Origin: a virus
Lineage: Duplodnaviria > Caudoviricetes
DNA: 54,879 nucleotides
Strand: one strand, 5' to 3'
IMG/VR virus record: IMGVR_UViG_3300036831_000090
Coordinates: 1 to 54,879 of that record
Shown here: piece by piece, positions 54,640 through 54,879 of the stretch
How positions within the stretch are numbered: the first letter of the stretch is position 1
Layout of the letters: each line of letters begins with the position of its first letter
Translations under genes and position numbers: made by a program
Notes under the pieces: model-generated
Database searches by the model: none
Seen by the model: the letters and a program-made list of their open reading frames with translations, nothing else
What the model was told of the DNA's origin: nothing

Positions 54640-54697
54640 AAAACTGGTACGAGCCGGAACCGGGCGTTATGCCCAGCCCGGCTCGTTGCCGACCAGT
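54640..54697 (-). terminator. Long GC hairpin with short U-tract downstream of the capsid/decoration genes
   Basis: CUGGU..ACGAGCCGG..CUGGGC[AUAAC]GCCCGG..CCGGCUCGU ACCAG UUUU. Confidence 0.55.
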
Positions 54698-54718
54698 GGA
54701 GAAACTTGTGTTTCGGCC

Positions 54719-54879
54719 CTAGATCAGACCGAGAAGTTCGACATCCATCGTGGCGGCCGGAGAAGTCCCGCCGAGTGTCGCGGTGATTCCGATGGCCGTG
54801 ATGCCGCCATTGCCCGAGGTTGCGCTCGCGCCGCTGATGAGTTGTCCGACGGCCCCGCCGCCCGCGCCCGATGCTGCGG
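54719..54879 (-). CDS. 3' end of the junction-spanning 197-aa gene
   Basis: ...GGTSPAATMDVELLGLI*, TAG at 54719-54721. Confidence 0.75.
   Translation of the reverse strand, partial: AASGAGGGAVGQLISGASATSGNGGITAIGITATLGGTSPAATMDVELLGLI
54754..54879. repeat. Terminal direct repeat, copy 2
   Basis: Identical to 15-140. Confidence 0.95.

Noticed and set aside
1-54879. Stop-codon reassignment, tRNA genes, integrase/att site
   Set aside because: Core genes are intact in code 11 and all three stops terminate genes; no tRNA cloverleaf or recombinase motifs were recognised by eye (tRNAscan and HMM searches not run)

Overview
The window is an apparently complete, circularly permuted dsDNA tailed-phage genome of about 54,739 bp. 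Bases 15-140 repeat exactly at 54754-54879, and one gene spans that junction. The layout is podovirus-like. A ~30 kb leftward virion/lysis arm starts near 11295 and runs through the terminase large subunit, portal, scaffold, major capsid, a probable decoration protein across the junction, two tail tubular proteins, a GNAT protein, putative ejection proteins, three very large Ser/Thr/Gly-rich proteins with Sec-type signal peptides, membrane proteins and a lysozyme. Diverging from the same control region is a ~10 kb rightward operon dominated by glycan enzymes: about six glycosyltransferase-like proteins (one STELLO-like), a B12-dependent radical SAM enzyme, a truncated NDP-sugar dehydrogenase and a SAM methyltransferase. 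An early/replication arm (23.4-35.5 kb) holds an orphan clamp-loader-like AAA+ ATPase, a RecT/Bet recombinase, a DnaA box, a DUF1376-type initiator, nucleases and small-gene cassettes. I recognised no integrase, CI-like repressor, DNA polymerase, tRNA, CRISPR array or reverse transcriptase. The most interesting signals are: (i) signal-peptide-bearing fibre/spike-like proteins plus a divergently transcribed glycosylation operon, a possible exported and glycosylated virion or surface system; (ii) a family of tiny K/R-tailed peptides, including a 12-aa ORF embedded in RNA hairpins; (iii) two adjacent hairpins with exactly complementary 7-nt loops over the initiator RBS; (iv) repeated GG-UAGC(U/G)-CC pentaloop hairpins and operator-like motifs. 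All functional calls come from reading motifs by eye; no database searches were run.
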